Of a DNA stretch of 41,152 bases, positions 9,228 through 19,100 are shown piece by piece (position 1 is the stretch's first letter; each line of letters starts with the position of its first letter). The position numbers were made by a program, and so were the translations under genes. The stretch covers positions 1 through 41,152 of IMG/VR virus record IMGVR_UViG_2703718810_000001; one strand, written 5' to 3'. Below the pieces are notes generated by a model. The model was not told the DNA's origin. It did no database searches and saw only the letters and a list, made by a program, of their open reading frames with translations. Source of the stretch: a virus. Its lineage: Duplodnaviria > Heunggongvirae > Uroviricota > Caudoviricetes.

Positions 9228-9413
9228 ATGTACAAGAAAGATGTTATCGACCACTTCGGAACCCAGCGTGCTGTAGCTAAAGCGTTAGGCATTAGCGACG
9301 CAGCAGTCTCTCAGTGGAAGGAAGTCATCCCAGAGAAAGACGCCTATCGACTGGAAGTCGTTACAGCTGGCGCCCTGAAGTATCAAGAAAGCGCTTACCG
9401 CAAAGCGGCATAA
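9228..9413 (+). CDS. cro: Cro repressor (P22 type)
   Basis: 61-aa translation matches P22 Cro as recalled; GGAG RBS. Confidence 0.85.
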   Translation: MYKKDVIDHFGTQRAVAKALGISDAAVSQWKEVIPEKDAYRLEVVTAGALKYQESAYRKAA

Positions 9414-9420
9414 GCAAATT

Positions 9421-9464
9421 GCTCTTTAACAGTCATGGTCCTCATTCCCGCCGAAATGCGGGAA
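9421..9464 (+). promoter_or_regulatory. nutR candidate (boxA GCTCTTTAA plus boxB hairpin)
   Basis: GCTCTTTAA then TTCCCGC-CGAAAT-GCGGGAA hairpin, between cro and c1. Confidence 0.45.
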
Positions 9465-9521
9465 TACAACGCGCATAAGTTGATGCGCATAACTTCTTAT
9501 TTGTTAAGGAAATACTTACAT

Positions 9522-9818
9522 ATGGTTCGTGCAAACAAACGCAACGAGGCTCTACGAATCGAGAGTGCGTTGCTTAACAAAATCGCAATGCTTGGAACTG
9601 AGAAGACAGCGGAAGCTGTGGGAGTTGATAAGTCGCAGATCAGCAGGTGGAAGAGGGACTGGATTCCAAAGTTCTCAATGCTGCTTGCTGTTCTTGAATG
9701 GGGTGTCGTCGACGACGACATGGCTCGATTGGCACGACAAGTTGCTTCGATTCTCACCAATAAAAAACGCCCGGTGTGCAAGACCGAGCGTTCTGATCAA
9801 ATACAAATGGAATTTTAA
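9522..9818 (+). CDS. c1: C1 (lambda CII-like) lysogeny activator
   Basis: Translation from MVRANKRNEALRIESALLNKIAMLG matches P22 c1 as recalled; AAGGAA RBS; ORF-track start at 9435 lies inside nutR. Confidence 0.75.
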   Translation: MVRANKRNEALRIESALLNKIAMLGTEKTAEAVGVDKSQISRWKRDWIPKFSMLLAVLEWGVVDDDMARLARQVASILTNKKRPVCKTERSDQIQMEF

Positions 9819-9840
9819 CAACATCCAACGAGGTAATTAT

Positions 9841-10113
9841 ATGCGAAACAAAGGCTTTAATCCACCTGATACACACAAAGAAGCTAAGCGTTTGCGCTTC
9901 CTTCGTTCCATTGATGAAAGAACTCAAATCTCTTTTGTGAAAGTTGCCAGAACTGAGCTTCTGAAGGCTGAGGCGAGGGCGTTGCTCCCGTCTCTACCAA
10001 AAGAGGAGGGATATACGTTCATTCCAAACGCATTTCTGGAAAAGCTGCTCAAAGAAGACATATCCGTAAGTCAATTTAACGATGTTCTTAAGGTCTTTCG
10101 TCAAGGCAGGTAG
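9841..10113 (+). CDS. hypothetical protein (90 aa) between c1 and replication genes
   Basis: ATG at 9841 with GAGGT upstream; the 194-aa ORF-track version starts out of frame inside c1. Confidence 0.55.
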   Translation: MRNKGFNPPDTHKEAKRLRFLRSIDERTQISFVKVARTELLKAEARALLPSLPKEEGYTFIPNAFLEKLLKEDISVSQFNDVLKVFRQGR

Positions 10114-10115
10114 TT

Positions 10116-11063
10116 ATGAGCAATACAGCAAAAATCTACGATTTCAGCGCCGCACACGAGCGCAGGAGCAACAGGATGGAGAACCAGAAAACTGGTTACA
10201 TTCCGTTGTACCGGAGCATTCTGAAACAGTCATGGGCGAAAGATGTTTATCTTCGCACCCTGTGGGAAAACCTTCTCCTGAATGCCGCCAGAAAGCCATA
10301 CAAAGCGAATTTCAAAGGTCATGAATGGCATCTGCAACCCGGTCAACTGGTTGTGACAGCAGCTGATTTAGGTCTTCAGTTATGCGACAGGCATGGCAAG
10401 CCAGCAAGCCGCGATCAGGTTGAGCGGATGCTTCAGGTTTTTGTGAAAGAGGGGATGATCTCCATTGATGGAGAGAAGCAAAAAGGTCGTGTGATTACCA
10501 TCACAAATTACCATGAATATGCTCAAAAAATGGACAATTCACCCGCACATGAAGCCGCACAAACAACCGCACATGATGCCGCACATGATGAAGCCAGTAA
10601 TGGCGCGGCTTTCAGCGTACATGCCACACATGAAAGCGCACATGAAGCCGCACAAACAACCGCACATCATGAACAAGAAGGTATTAACAAGAATATAAAT
10701 AATACCCCCCTACCCCCCAATGGGGGAGGCGATGGGCAGGTTAAACCTGAACGTCGCAAGGCAGAACGAATCGACTACGAATCCTTCCTGAACGCCTACA
10801 ACACCGAAGTCGGTGACAGACTTCCACATGCTGTTGCGGTCAACGAGAAACGCAAACGCCGCCTGAAGAAAATCATCCCGCAACTGAAAACGCCAAACGT
10901 GGACGGTTTCAGAGCGTATGTCAGGGCGTTTGTGCATCAGGCCAAGCCGTTTTACTTCGGAGACAACGACACGGGCTGGACGGCAGATTTTGATTACCTG
11001 CTGAGGGAAGATTCGTTAACGGGAGTTCGGGAAGGGAAGTTTGCAGACAGGGGGATTGCATGA
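10116..11063 (+). CDS. replication initiation protein (O / gp18-like) with internal iteron repeats
   Basis: Position between c1 and the helicase; repeated [10 protein letters not shown] peptide encoded by DNA iterons; start overlaps the upstream stop. Confidence 0.65.
   Translation: MSNTAKIYDFSAAHERRSNRMENQKTGYIPLYRSILKQSWAKDVYLRTLWENLLLNAARKPYKANFKGHEWHLQPGQLVVTAADLGLQLCDRHGKPASRDQVERMLQVFVKEGMISIDGEKQKGRVITITNYHEYAQKMDNSPAHEAAQTTAHDAAHDEASNGAAFSVHATHESAHEAAQTTAHHEQEGINKNINNTPLPPNGGGDGQVKPERRKAERIDYESFLNAYNTEVGDRLPHAVAVNEKRKRRLKKIIPQLKTPNVDGFRAYVRAFVHQAKPFYFGDNDTGWTADFDYLLREDSLTGVREGKFADRGIA
10543..10710. repeat. candidate ori: GCACATGA(A/T)G iterons plus adjacent AT-rich segment
   Basis: At least six copies of a ~12-bp repeat at 10543-10672, then AT-rich ATTAACAAGAATATAAATAATA; lambdoid origins lie inside the initiator gene. 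Confidence 0.45.
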
Positions 11064-13453
11064 AACAGGATATCGAAGCGAGCGTTATCGGTGGCTTGCT
11101 GATTGGTGGATTAACACCAACTGCCAGTGACGTTCTGGCAACGCTTGAGCCGGAAGCGTTTTCAATTCCGCTCTACCGGAAAGCCTTCGAGGTTATCCGC
11201 AAGCAGGCGCGAAACAGAAACCTAATCGACGCGCTGATGGTTGCCGAGGCGTGCGGAGAGGAGCATTTCACGTCAATCCTGATGACCAGCAAAAACTGCC
11301 CGAGTGCCGCAAACCTGAAGGGATATGCCGGAATGGTCGCGGATAACTATCACCGCCGTCTGGTGCTGGAAATCATGGATGAAATGCGTGAACCAATTCA
11401 GAGCGGAACCATCGACGCATCGAGTCAGGCGATGGATGAACTTGTAAAGCGTCTCTCAGCCATCAGAAAGCCCCGTGACGAGGTTAAACCGGTACGCTTA
11501 GGGGAAATCATCACTGACTACACCGACACGCTTGACAGGCGTCTGAGGAACGGAGAAGAGTCCGATACCCTGAAGACCGGAATCGAAGAACTTGACGCTA
11601 TCACCGGAGGGATGAACGCAGAAGACCTGGTGATAATCGCTGCTCGTCCTGGTATGGGGAAAGCAATGGCGCTAAGCGAAGGGATTTTACTTGCAGATGG
11701 CACCTGGACTACTCACGGAGAAGTCAAAATTGGCGATCGCATCGCGTCAATAGACGGGCTTCCTTCGGAGGTAATTGGCGTCTTCCCGCAAGGGAAGAAA
11801 TTCACATATTTAGTCACCTTTGAAGACGGACGTAGCGTGAAATGTGCCGATAACCACTTATGGGAAATTTCATCATCAAGATTTACTGGTAAACGCGTTG
11901 TTGATACTGATGCGCTGGCTGGGATGCTACAAAAAACACGTTATCAGGGAAGAATAAGAGTGCCATCCTTGACCGGAGACTTTGGTAAAAATATTCCCCT
12001 TGATGGTTGGGTTATTGGGGCTCTACTTGGTGACGGTTCGTTGATAAAAGGCATCAAGTTCACCAACTCGGAAGAATATGTCCTGAGCCGCATGAGTGAT
12101 GCAATTGCACCACTGCGACTGGTTAAGGTAGGAGAGAATGATTATTTGATAAGCAACCAAAAAGGCCAGAAGAACCCACTATTGGACAAACTACGTGGCA
12201 TTGGGATGATCGGGAAAGGTGCGTCCGAGAAGGAAATCCCAGCAGAAATTTTTAGTGCTAGCAAAGAAATACGTACCGGTGTTTTAACTGGCCTTCTCGA
12301 GACAGATGGCTGGGTTGAGAAGTCCGGATGCATCCGCTTTAGTTCATCCAGTCAGAAATTAGCTAAAGGATTAGTAAGGCTTGTTAGATCTTTAGGTGGA
12401 ACCGCCAAAGAATCCAGCAGGACGGGAATAGTTTACACGTACAAAGGAGAGAAGCATGACGGACTTGATGCACACATGGTCAGCATGAAGTTGCCATCAT
12501 CTTTGATAGAGCAAATTCACTCACCACGTTTACGCAAAAATCTCGGGATTAACAGGCTTGGCGACCTTGGTGTGGGTATCAAATCGGTTGAAGTTGTTGA
12601 GCCAGAAGAGTGTCTCTGCATCATGGTAAGCCATCCTAGCCATCTCTATGTGACAACGGATTACATCGTTACGCACAATACGGAACTGGCGCTGAAGATT
12701 GCCGAAGGTGTTGCAAGCCGCGTTATTCCTGGTTCTGACGTCCGGCGCGGAGTATTGATTTTCTCAATGGAAATGAGCGCATTGCAGATTGCAGAGCGAA
12801 GCATTGCCAACGCCGGGAGGATGTCGGTTAGCGTGCTGCGAAATCCTGCATCGATGGATGACGAAGGCTGGGCGCGTGTTGCTAACGGCATGAGTCAGCT
12901 TGCAGATTTGGATGTATGGGTAGTCGATGCCTCGCGGTTATCGGTCGAAGAAATTCGCTCAATCGCAGAACGGCACAAACAGGAAAATCCAAACCTGTCA
13001 CTCATCATGGCGGATTATCTTGGCCTGATTGAGAAGCCGAAAGCAGATCGCAACGACCTCGCAATTGCTCACATCTCCGGAAGCCTGAAGGCGATGGCGA
13101 AAGACCTGAAAACGCCTGTTATCTCCCTGAGTCAGCTTTCGCGCGATGTTGAGAAGCGACCAAACAAACGCCCGACAAACGCAGATTTGCGTGATTCAGG
13201 AAGCATTGAGCAGGACGCAGACTCAATCATCATGCTCTATCGGGAAGCGGTATATGACGAGAACAGTAGCGCCGCGCCATTTGCTGAAATCATTGTGACG
13301 AAAAACCGTTTTGGCTCGCTTGGTACGGTTTACCAGCGGTTCTGTAACGGACACTTTGTTGCATGTGACCAGGATGAAGCCAGACAGATTTGCACAGCAT
13401 CAAATGCACCTGCTGCGCGTGGCAGACGATATGCACAAGGGGCTGACGTATGA
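11060..13453 (+). CDS. DnaB-family replicative helicase containing an intein
   Basis: DnaB motifs ARPGMGK...[35 protein letters not shown]; 797 aa versus ~460 for DnaB because of a ~339-aa insertion in the P-loop. Confidence 0.8.
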   Translation: MKQDIEASVIGGLLIGGLTPTASDVLATLEPEAFSIPLYRKAFEVIRKQARNRNLIDALMVAEACGEEHFTSILMTSKNCPSAANLKGYAGMVADNYHRRLVLEIMDEMREPIQSGTIDASSQAMDELVKRLSAIRKPRDEVKPVRLGEIITDYTDTLDRRLRNGEESDTLKTGIEELDAITGGMNAEDLVIIAARPGMGKAMALSEGILLADGTWTTHGEVKIGDRIASIDGLPSEVIGVFPQGKKFTYLVTFEDGRSVKCADNHLWEISSSRFTGKRVVDTDALAGMLQKTRYQGRIRVPSLTGDFGKNIPLDGWVIGALLGDGSLIKGIKFTNSEEYVLSRMSDAIAPLRLVKVGENDYLISNQKGQKNPLLDKLRGIGMIGKGASEKEIPAEIFSASKEIRTGVLTGLLETDGWVEKSGCIRFSSSSQKLAKGLVRLVRSLGGTAKESSRTGIVYTYKGEKHDGLDAHMVSMKLPSSLIEQIHSPRLRKNLGINRLGDLGVGIKSVEVVEPEECLCIMVSHPSHLYVTTDYIVTHNTELALKIAEGVASRVIPGSDVRRGVLIFSMEMSALQIAERSIANAGRMSVSVLRNPASMDDEGWARVANGMSQLADLDVWVVDASRLSVEEIRSIAERHKQENPNLSLIMADYLGLIEKPKADRNDLAIAHISGSLKAMAKDLKTPVISLSQLSRDVEKRPNKRPTNADLRDSGSIEQDADSIIMLYREAVYDENSSAAPFAEIIVTKNRFGSLGTVYQRFCNGHFVACDQDEARQICTASNAPAARGRRYAQGADV
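11663..12679 (+). mobile_element. intein with LAGLIDADG homing-endonuclease domain, inserted between K and T of the Walker A GKT
   Basis: Insert starts at Ala202 and ends ...VTHN before Thr; LAGLIDADG-like motifs GALLGDGSL and GLLETDGWV; Trp (NHLW), Cys (EECLC), Thr (THN) fit the class 3 WCT pattern. Confidence 0.6.
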
Positions 13454-13478
13454 CCATCTACATCACTGAGCTTGTAAC

Positions 13479-13510
13479 AGGCCTGCTGGTAATCGCAGGC
13501 CTTTTTATTT
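13479..13510 (+). terminator. rho-independent terminator between helicase and ninB
   Basis: AGGCCTGC-tggtaatc-GCAGGCCT hairpin followed by TTTTTATTT. Confidence 0.55.
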
Positions 13511-13526
13511 GGGGGAGAGGGAAGTC

Positions 13527-13967
13527 ATGAAAAAACTAACCTTTGAAATTCGATCTCCAGCACATCAGCAAAACGCTATTCACGCGGTACAGCAAATTCT
13601 TCCAGACCCAACCAAACCAATCGTAGTAACCATTCAGGAACGCAACCGCAGCTTAGACCAGAATCGAAAGCTTTGGGCTTGCCTTGGTGACGTCTCTCGT
13701 CAGGTTGAATGGCATGGTCGCTGGCTGGATGCAGAAAGCTGGAAGTGTGTGTTTACCGCAGCATTAAAGCAGCAGGATGTTGTTCCTAACCTTGCCGGGA
13801 ATGGCTTTGTGGTAATAGGCCAGTCAACCAGCAGGATGCGTGTAAGCGAATTTGCGGAGCTATTAGAGCTTATACAGGCATTCGGTACAGAGCGTGGCGT
13901 TAAGTGGTCAGACGAAGCGCGACTGGCTCTGGAGTGGAAAGCGCGATGGGGAGACCGGGCAGCATGA
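13527..13967 (+). CDS. ninB: NinB recombination protein
   Basis: Translation from [15 protein letters not shown] matches lambda NinB as recalled; strong G-rich RBS. Confidence 0.8.
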   Translation: MKKLTFEIRSPAHQQNAIHAVQQILPDPTKPIVVTIQERNRSLDQNRKLWACLGDVSRQVEWHGRWLDAESWKCVFTAALKQQDVVPNLAGNGFVVIGQSTSRMRVSEFAELLELIQAFGTERGVKWSDEARLALEWKARWGDRAA

Positions 13968-14137
13968 TGCGATGTTATCGGTGCGGTGAATGCAAAGAAG
14001 ATAACCGCTTCCGACCAAATCAACCTTACTGGAATCGATGGTGTCTCCGGTGTGAAAGAACACCAACAGGGGTGTTACCACTACCGCAGGAAAAGGAGGA
14101 CGTGTGGCGAGACAGCGACGAAGTATCACCGACATAA
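13964..14137 (+). CDS. ninD: NinD-like zinc-ribbon protein
   Basis: [16 protein letters not shown]...; ATGA overlap with the ninB stop. Confidence 0.6.
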   Translation: MMRCYRCGECKEDNRFRPNQPYWNRWCLRCERTPTGVLPLPQEKEDVWRDSDEVSPT

Positions 14138-14286
14138 TCTGTGAAAACTGCAAATACCTTCCAACGAAACGCTCCAGAAATAAACGCAAGCCAATCCCAA
14201 AAGAATCTGACGTAAAAACCTTCAACTACACGGCTCACCTGTGGGATATCCGGTGGCTAAGAAATCGTGCGAGGAATACAAGGTGA
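14104..14286 (+). CDS. ninE: NinE-like protein
   Basis: 60-aa translation resembles lambda NinE; GTG start. Confidence 0.6.
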   Translation: MARQRRSITDIICENCKYLPTKRSRNKRKPIPKESDVKTFNYTAHLWDIRWLRNRARNTR

Positions 14287-14453
14287 TTGACCCAAATCGA
14301 AGTTACGAACAAGAAAGCGTCGAGCGGGCTTTAACGTGCGCTAACTGCGGTCAGAAGCTGCATGTGCTGGAAGTTCACGTGTGCTCCGATTGCTGCGCAG
14401 AACTGATGAGCGATCCGAATAGCTCAATGTACGAGGAAGAAGACGATGAGTGA
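14283..14453 (+). CDS. ninF: NinF-like protein
   Basis: From GTG at 14283 (GAGGAA RBS): [24 protein letters not shown]..., resembling lambda NinF. Confidence 0.55.
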   Translation: MIDPNRSYEQESVERALTCANCGQKLHVLEVHVCSDCCAELMSDPNSSMYEEEDDE

Positions 14454-14715
14454 TTTCTCTGAGCTTATTTCCTTCAAAAAAGACAGAGAAGAAATGCGGA
14501 CTGAATCTGTCTATTACGTTCAACACCGGAATAAACGCTCGGTGCTTGATCAGGAGTTGGTTATTACCGGAGACCTGGCATTCAGAACATATAAGGCCAG
14601 CATGGAAATGAAGGATTTCCCTAAATGTGGTTCTGAAAGAGAAGCCGCGTTAAAGCTGGCTGAGTGGATGCAGAGAATGGCTGCTGCAATTGAGAATTAC
14701 TGGAGTGAACCATAA
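14446..14715 (+). CDS. hypothetical nin-region protein (89 aa)
   Basis: ATG overlaps the ninF stop. Confidence 0.55.
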   Translation: MSDFSELISFKKDREEMRTESVYYVQHRNKRSVLDQELVITGDLAFRTYKASMEMKDFPKCGSEREAALKLAEWMQRMAAAIENYWSEP

Positions 14716-15005
14716 TGGCTAACCTACGCAAAGAAGCACGCGGCAGAGAATGCCAGGTACGTATTTACGGAATATGCAATGGTAATCCTGAAACTACAGT
14801 TCTGGCACATTACCGGATGGCTGGAATTTGCGGAACGGGAATGAAGCCTGACGACCTGATCGGCGCATGGGCTTGTAGCGCGTGTCACGATGAAATCGAC
14901 CGACGCACCCATAATCTCGACAACAAAGACGCCAGGCTTTACCACCTCGAAGGCGTGATCAGGACGCAGTCGATACTGCTGAAGGAGGGGAAGATTAAGT
15001 CATGA
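14715..15005 (+). CDS. hypothetical Cys/His-rich nin-region protein (96 aa)
   Basis: TAATG coupling to the upstream gene. Confidence 0.55.
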   Translation: MANLRKEARGRECQVRIYGICNGNPETTVLAHYRMAGICGTGMKPDDLIGAWACSACHDEIDRRTHNLDNKDARLYHLEGVIRTQSILLKEGKIKS

Positions 15006-15364
15006 GCGAATATCAGTTTGTGCTTCCATACCCGCCGTCGGTGAACACCTACTGGCGAAGACGGGGAAGCCAATACTACATCAGCGATAAAGGCCAGAAA
15101 TACCGAAAAGACGTTCAGCAAATCATCCTCCAACTTAAGTTAGACATTTTCACCAAATCACGACTCCGCATCAAAGTCATCGCAGACGTTCCAGACTCCC
15201 GCCGCCGCGACCTCGACAACATCCTGAAAGGTTTACTCGACTCCCTTATCCACGCCGGATTTGCGGAAGACGACGAGCAATTCGATGACATTCGCGTAAT
15301 TCGTGGCGTGAAAGTACTAGGCGGAAGGCTTGGAATAAAAATCACCGAACTGGAGAACGCATGA
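15002..15364 (+). CDS. rusA: Holliday junction resolvase RusA
   Basis: PYPPSVNTYW...RRRDLDN motifs typical of RusA. Confidence 0.8.
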   Translation: MSEYQFVLPYPPSVNTYWRRRGSQYYISDKGQKYRKDVQQIILQLKLDIFTKSRLRIKVIADVPDSRRRDLDNILKGLLDSLIHAGFAEDDEQFDDIRVIRGVKVLGGRLGIKITELENA

Positions 15365-15549
15365 ACGCCACAATTCAAACGATACCAGAGCTTCTTATCC
15401 AGACACGAGGCAATCAGACCGAAGTGGCGAGGATGCTTTCCTGCGCAAGAGGAACAGTGCTCAAGTACAACCGAGACAGCAAAGGCGAGCGTCACGTAAT
15501 AGTTAACGGCGTCCTGATGGTCAAACAGGGCAAAAGGGGAAGGCCATGA
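15361..15549 (+). CDS. ninH: NinH-like protein
   Basis: ...GNQTEVARMLSCARGTVLKY... resembles lambda NinH; ATGA overlap with rusA. Confidence 0.65.
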   Translation: MNATIQTIPELLIQTRGNQTEVARMLSCARGTVLKYNRDSKGERHVIVNGVLMVKQGKRGRP

Positions 15550-16169
15550 GACTCGAAAGCGTAGCTAAATTTCATTCGCCAAAAAGCCCGATGATGAGCG
15601 ACTCACCACGGGCTACGGCTTCTGACTCTCTTTCCGGTACTGATGTGATGGCTGCTATGGGGATGGCGCAATCACAAGCCGGATTCGGAATGGCTGCATT
15701 CTGTGGTAAGCACGAACTCAGCCAGAACGACAAACAAAAGGCTATCAACTATCTGATGCAATTTGCACACAAGGTATCGGGGAAATACCGTGGTGTGGCA
15801 AAGCTTGAAGGAAATACTAAGGCAAAGGTACTGCAAGTGCTCGCAACATTCGCTTATGCGGATTATTGCCGTAGTGCCGCGACGCCGGGCGCAAGATGCA
15901 GAGATTGCCACGGTACAGGCCGTGCGGTCGATATAGCCAAAACGGAGCAGTGGGGGAGAGTTGTTGAGAAAGAGTGCGGAAGATGCAAAGGTGTCGGCTA
16001 TTCAAGAATGCCAGCAAGCGCCGCATATCGCGCTGTAACGATGCTAATCCCAAACCTTACTCAACCCACCTGGTCACGCACTGTTAAGCCGCTGTATGAC
16101 GCTCTAGTGGTGCAATGCCACAAAGAAGAGTCAATCGCAGACAACATTTTGAATGCGGTCACACGTTAG
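15546..16169 (+). CDS. Q: late antiterminator Q (lambda type)
   Basis: 207-aa translation matches lambda Q as recalled, including the CRDCHGTG...CGRCKG zinc motif. Confidence 0.85.
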   Translation: MRLESVAKFHSPKSPMMSDSPRATASDSLSGTDVMAAMGMAQSQAGFGMAAFCGKHELSQNDKQKAINYLMQFAHKVSGKYRGVAKLEGNTKAKVLQVLATFAYADYCRSAATPGARCRDCHGTGRAVDIAKTEQWGRVVEKECGRCKGVGYSRMPASAAYRAVTMLIPNLTQPTWSRTVKPLYDALVVQCHKEESIADNILNAVTR

Positions 16170-16211
16170 CGGCATGATTGCCACGGATGGCAACATCTTT
16201 ACGGCATGATA

Positions 16212-16240
16212 TTGACTTTTTGAATAAAGTTGGGTAAATT
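16212..16240 (+). promoter_or_regulatory. late promoter pR' (-35 TTGACT, 17-bp spacer, -10 TAAATT)
   Basis: Sequence resembles lambda pR' as recalled; immediately downstream of Q. Confidence 0.6.
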
Positions 16241-16276
16241 TGACCCAACGATGGATAAATGCAGTCGTTAAATAAA

Positions 16277-16304
16277 GCCCTGAGTTAATAGCTCGGGGCT
16301 TTTT
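16277..16304 (+). terminator. rho-independent terminator downstream of pR' (tR'-like)
   Basis: GCCCTGAG-ttaatag-CTCGGGGC (one G-U pair) followed by TTTTT, about 30-60 nt after the predicted start. Confidence 0.45.
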
Positions 16305-17190
16305 CATTTCTGCAATCCGGTCAGGACTTTCGAGTTAATGCGTGCTGCACGACACGTTGACACTCATACGCGAGAGTCCTGAGCCAGATTGAAGGCTATC
16401 AGGTAAGAGCATATCGACGCACTGATAGGGCTGGATTGGAAGATCATTCGGAGACCCGGCAGACAGATGTGTTCTTTCCGATGGTTTTCGTAAGCGACTT
16501 TGCGGTTTTTTAGAAACTGATCACAAAGATAAATGCAAACGAAGAAATGTATCTGGCCGTAGCTTAACCGCTAAATACCAGTGAGGTATTCCAGTTCCTC
16601 ATCAACGAATCTGGCGCACTGGCCCGGTGTGATTAATAATGGGCACACAACAGGTAAGAGCATTAAAGAACTGGCAAAGAGCTTAACGGTCTGCGAAAGC
16701 ATTTCTTAGTGGCACAACTGGCCGGTACAACTGAGTGCTCTTTCCGGTGTGGTGAATGCGCAGGCTGATGCGCGCAGGAGAGCTTCGGAAGAACAAGGTG
16801 CCTGTATACAAGCCGGAGATCAGCGCCGGCCACCACAGCCAAATCCACCCAGAGCAAAACCGTTGTTCATCCTTACCATTCCCTCAGTATTTTGGGCTAC
16901 AACCCTCAGCCCATTTTTTAAAGCGTACTTCCACCAAGAACCAGACCTAACCAACTCATTGCTGACACTCTGTGGATACGGTTGTCTAGTGCGCTTTAAA
17001 AAAGAAAACCCAGCATCAATGGCTGGGCTTCGTGATATGAGCGGCATGTATTGTTGGCGCAATCCACGCCTGATTTGCTCATGAATGCGGTCACGAACAA
17101 GCCCGTTACAAATCAACCGTAAACCGGATTTGTTCAAGCGACCATATCCATAATTCCTAATTTGAACAGATCCCCTTCTGGGGGTAAGAC

Positions 17191-17514
17191 ATGAAGATGC
17201 CAGAAAAACATGACCTGTTAGCCGCCATTCTCGCGGCAAAGGAACAAGGCATCGGGGCAATCCTTGCGTTTGCAATGGCGTACCTTCGCGGCAGATATAA
17301 TGGCGGTGCGTTTACAAAAACAGTAATCGACGCAACGATGTGCGCCATTATCGCCTGGTTCATTCGTGACCTTCTCGACTTCGCCGGACTAAGTAGCAAT
17401 CTCGCTTATATAACGAGCGTGTTCATCGGCTACATCGGTACTGACTCGATTGGTTCGCTTATCAAACGCTTCGCTGCTAAAAAAGCCGGAGTAGAAGATG
17501 GTGGAAATCAATAA
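17191..17514 (+). CDS. S: holin S (lambda type, dual start MKM)
   Basis: 107-aa translation matches lambda S as recalled. Confidence 0.9.
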   Translation: MKMPEKHDLLAAILAAKEQGIGAILAFAMAYLRGRYNGGAFTKTVIDATMCAIIAWFIRDLLDFAGLSSNLAYITSVFIGYIGTDSIGSLIKRFAAKKAGVEDGGNQ

Positions 17515-17974
17515 TCAACGTAAGGCGTTCCTCGATATGCTGGCGTGGTCAGAGGGGACTGATAACGGACGACAGAAAACCAGAAATCATGGTTATGACG
17601 TCATTGTTGGCGGAGAGCTATTCACTGATTACTCAGATCACCCTCGCAAACTTGTCACGCTAAACCCAAAACTCAAATCAACAGCCGCCGGACGTTACCA
17701 GCTTCTTTCCCGTTGGTGGGATGCCTACCGTAAGCAGCTTGGCCTGAAAGACTTCTCTCCGAAAAGCCAGGACGCTGTGGCATTGCAACAGATTAAAGAG
17801 CGTGGCGCTTTACCGATGATTGATCGCGGTGATATTCGTCAGGCTATCGACCGTTGCAGCAATATCTGGGCTTCACTGCCGGGCGCTGGTTATGGTCAGT
17901 TCGAGCATAAGGCTGACAGCCTGATTGCAAAATTCAAAGAGGCTGGCGGAACGGTCAGAGAGATTGAGGTATGA
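17498..17974 (+). CDS. R: endolysin R (lytic transglycosylase, lambda type)
   Basis: 158-aa translation matches lambda R as recalled. Confidence 0.9.
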   Translation: MVEINNQRKAFLDMLAWSEGTDNGRQKTRNHGYDVIVGGELFTDYSDHPRKLVTLNPKLKSTAAGRYQLLSRWWDAYRKQLGLKDFSPKSQDAVALQQIKERGALPMIDRGDIRQAIDRCSNIWASLPGAGYGQFEHKADSLIAKFKEAGGTVREIEV

Positions 17975-18408
17975 GCAGAGTCGCCGCGATTATCTCCGCT
18001 CTGGTTATCTGCATCATCGTCTGTCTGTCATGGGCTGTTAATCATTACCGGGATAACGCCATCGCCTACAAAGCCCAGCGCGACAAAGCCACATCCATCA
18101 TCGCTGACATGCAGAAGCGTCAACGTGATGTAGCAGAACTTGACGCCAGATACACAAAGGAGCTTGCTGATGCTAACGCGACTATCGAAAGTCTCCGTGC
18201 TGATGTTTCTGCTGGGCGTAAGCGCCTGCAAGTCGCCGCCACCTGTGCAAAGTCAACGACCGGAGCCAGCAGCATGGGCGATGGAGAAAGTCCAAGACTT
18301 ACAGCAGATGCTGAACTCAATTATTACCGTCTCCGAAGTGGAATCGACAGGATAACCGCGCAGGTTAACTACCTGCAGGAATACATAAGGACGCAATGCC
18401 TTCGATGA
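17971..18408 (+). CDS. Rz: i-spanin Rz
   Basis: N-terminal TM segment and lambda Rz-like N-terminus; more divergent C-terminal half. Confidence 0.8.
   Translation: MSRVAAIISALVICIIVCLSWAVNHYRDNAIAYKAQRDKATSIIADMQKRQRDVAELDARYTKELADANATIESLRADVSAGRKRLQVAATCAKSTTGASSMGDGESPRLTADAELNYYRLRSGIDRITAQVNYLQEYIRTQCLR
18170..18355 (+). CDS. Rz1: o-spanin Rz1 (lipoprotein embedded in the +1 frame of Rz)
   Basis: Lipobox LLGVSAC followed by a Pro-rich segment, fully inside Rz; start taken at Met11 of the ORF-track entry. Confidence 0.6.
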   Translation: MLTRLSKVSVLMFLLGVSACKSPPPVQSQRPEPAAWAMEKVQDLQQMLNSIITVSEVESTG

Positions 18409-18548
18409 TAGCGATAATTTTACTCATCATCCTTCACATCTGGCTCTGTAGACAGGGTGGTGATCACTTCTGGAGTGAATCCAGATTAAACATCTCATTG
18501 CTGATGCTTGATATTGAGCATCTGGCGCGCGGTAAGGGGCTGCGTTGA
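18405..18548 (+). CDS. possible small membrane peptide (47 aa)
   Basis: ATG overlaps the Rz stop (ATGA); hydrophobic N-terminus [14 protein letters not shown]. Hand-translated, below ORF-track cutoff. Confidence 0.25.
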   Translation: MIAIILLIILHIWLCRQGGDHFWSESRLNISLLMLDIEHLARGKGLR

Positions 18549-18854
18549 GATAAGACCAGTTCATTACAAAGCCTATCTACGGATGGGCTTGATAATGAAA
18601 CCAAAATTTATTCTGGGTAACCAGTTACGGCAGTACAGCGAAACAACCCAAGCCAGTAAGTGGGGAAATAACACTGGCAGCCTCTGAAAGATGAACCTCC
18701 TGCCTTATGGCAAAAAAGATTCTTTGTGGTGGCGGACTGATGGAAAGACATCGGTTATTGCAGAGGCCATTCAATGAGTGGTCTCGACAATGGCTTATAC
18801 CCTACACGGGATAACTTAACTGATATCCCTTTTAACGGATAAACGGAGCCAACA

Positions 18855-19097
18855 ATGGCAGAGATTATTCCCATGACTGAAGAACAGAAATTCCAGTTAG
18901 AGATTTACAAACTGGTCATGAACCAGAACGCAGCCGCAGAAGAAGCATTTCAGTTCATTGGCACTGACGAGCTGAAGCTTGAGCTATTCAAAATTCACTT
19001 CCAGTCAGGCGGCGCTAATTCAGATATCACGACCCGCACTATCGAAGCGGTGCGTAAATCGAAGGAAGCGTTAGACCTGTTCACTACCGGAGTGTAA
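18855..19097 (+). CDS. hypothetical protein (80 aa)
   Basis: ORF between lysis and packaging modules. Confidence 0.5.
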   Translation: MAEIIPMTEEQKFQLEIYKLVMNQNAAAEEAFQFIGTDELKLELFKIHFQSGGANSDITTRTIEAVRKSKEALDLFTTGV

Positions 19098-19100
19098 GAG

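Noticed and set aside
9435-9521. N-terminal extension of the c1 ORF (127-aa version)
   Set aside because: The extension covers the nutR boxA/boxB region and the ATG at 9522 has a good RBS; trimmed.
9529-9840. First 104 codons of the 194-aa ORF 9529..10113
   Set aside because: Out-of-frame overlap with c1; a well-positioned ATG with RBS at 9841 gives a 90-aa protein.
10513-10698. 61-aa His/Met/Pro-rich ORF
   Set aside because: Alternate-frame reading of the iteron repeats inside the initiator gene.
13700-14238. Minus-strand ORFs 13700..14023, 13908..14225, 14026..14238
   Set aside because: Antisense to ninB, ninD and ninE, which are supported by translational coupling.
16170-17190. Toxin or tRNA cargo between Q and S
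   Set aside because: Looked for long ORFs and tRNA-like cloverleaf sequence by eye and found none; cannot fully exclude a small RNA.
16663-17275. ORFs in the Q-to-holin interval (16663..16857, 16749..17084, 16756..16950, 16820..17275)
   Set aside because: Arg/Pro-rich low-complexity translations that overlap each other and the holin start; the corresponding lambda region is noncoding.
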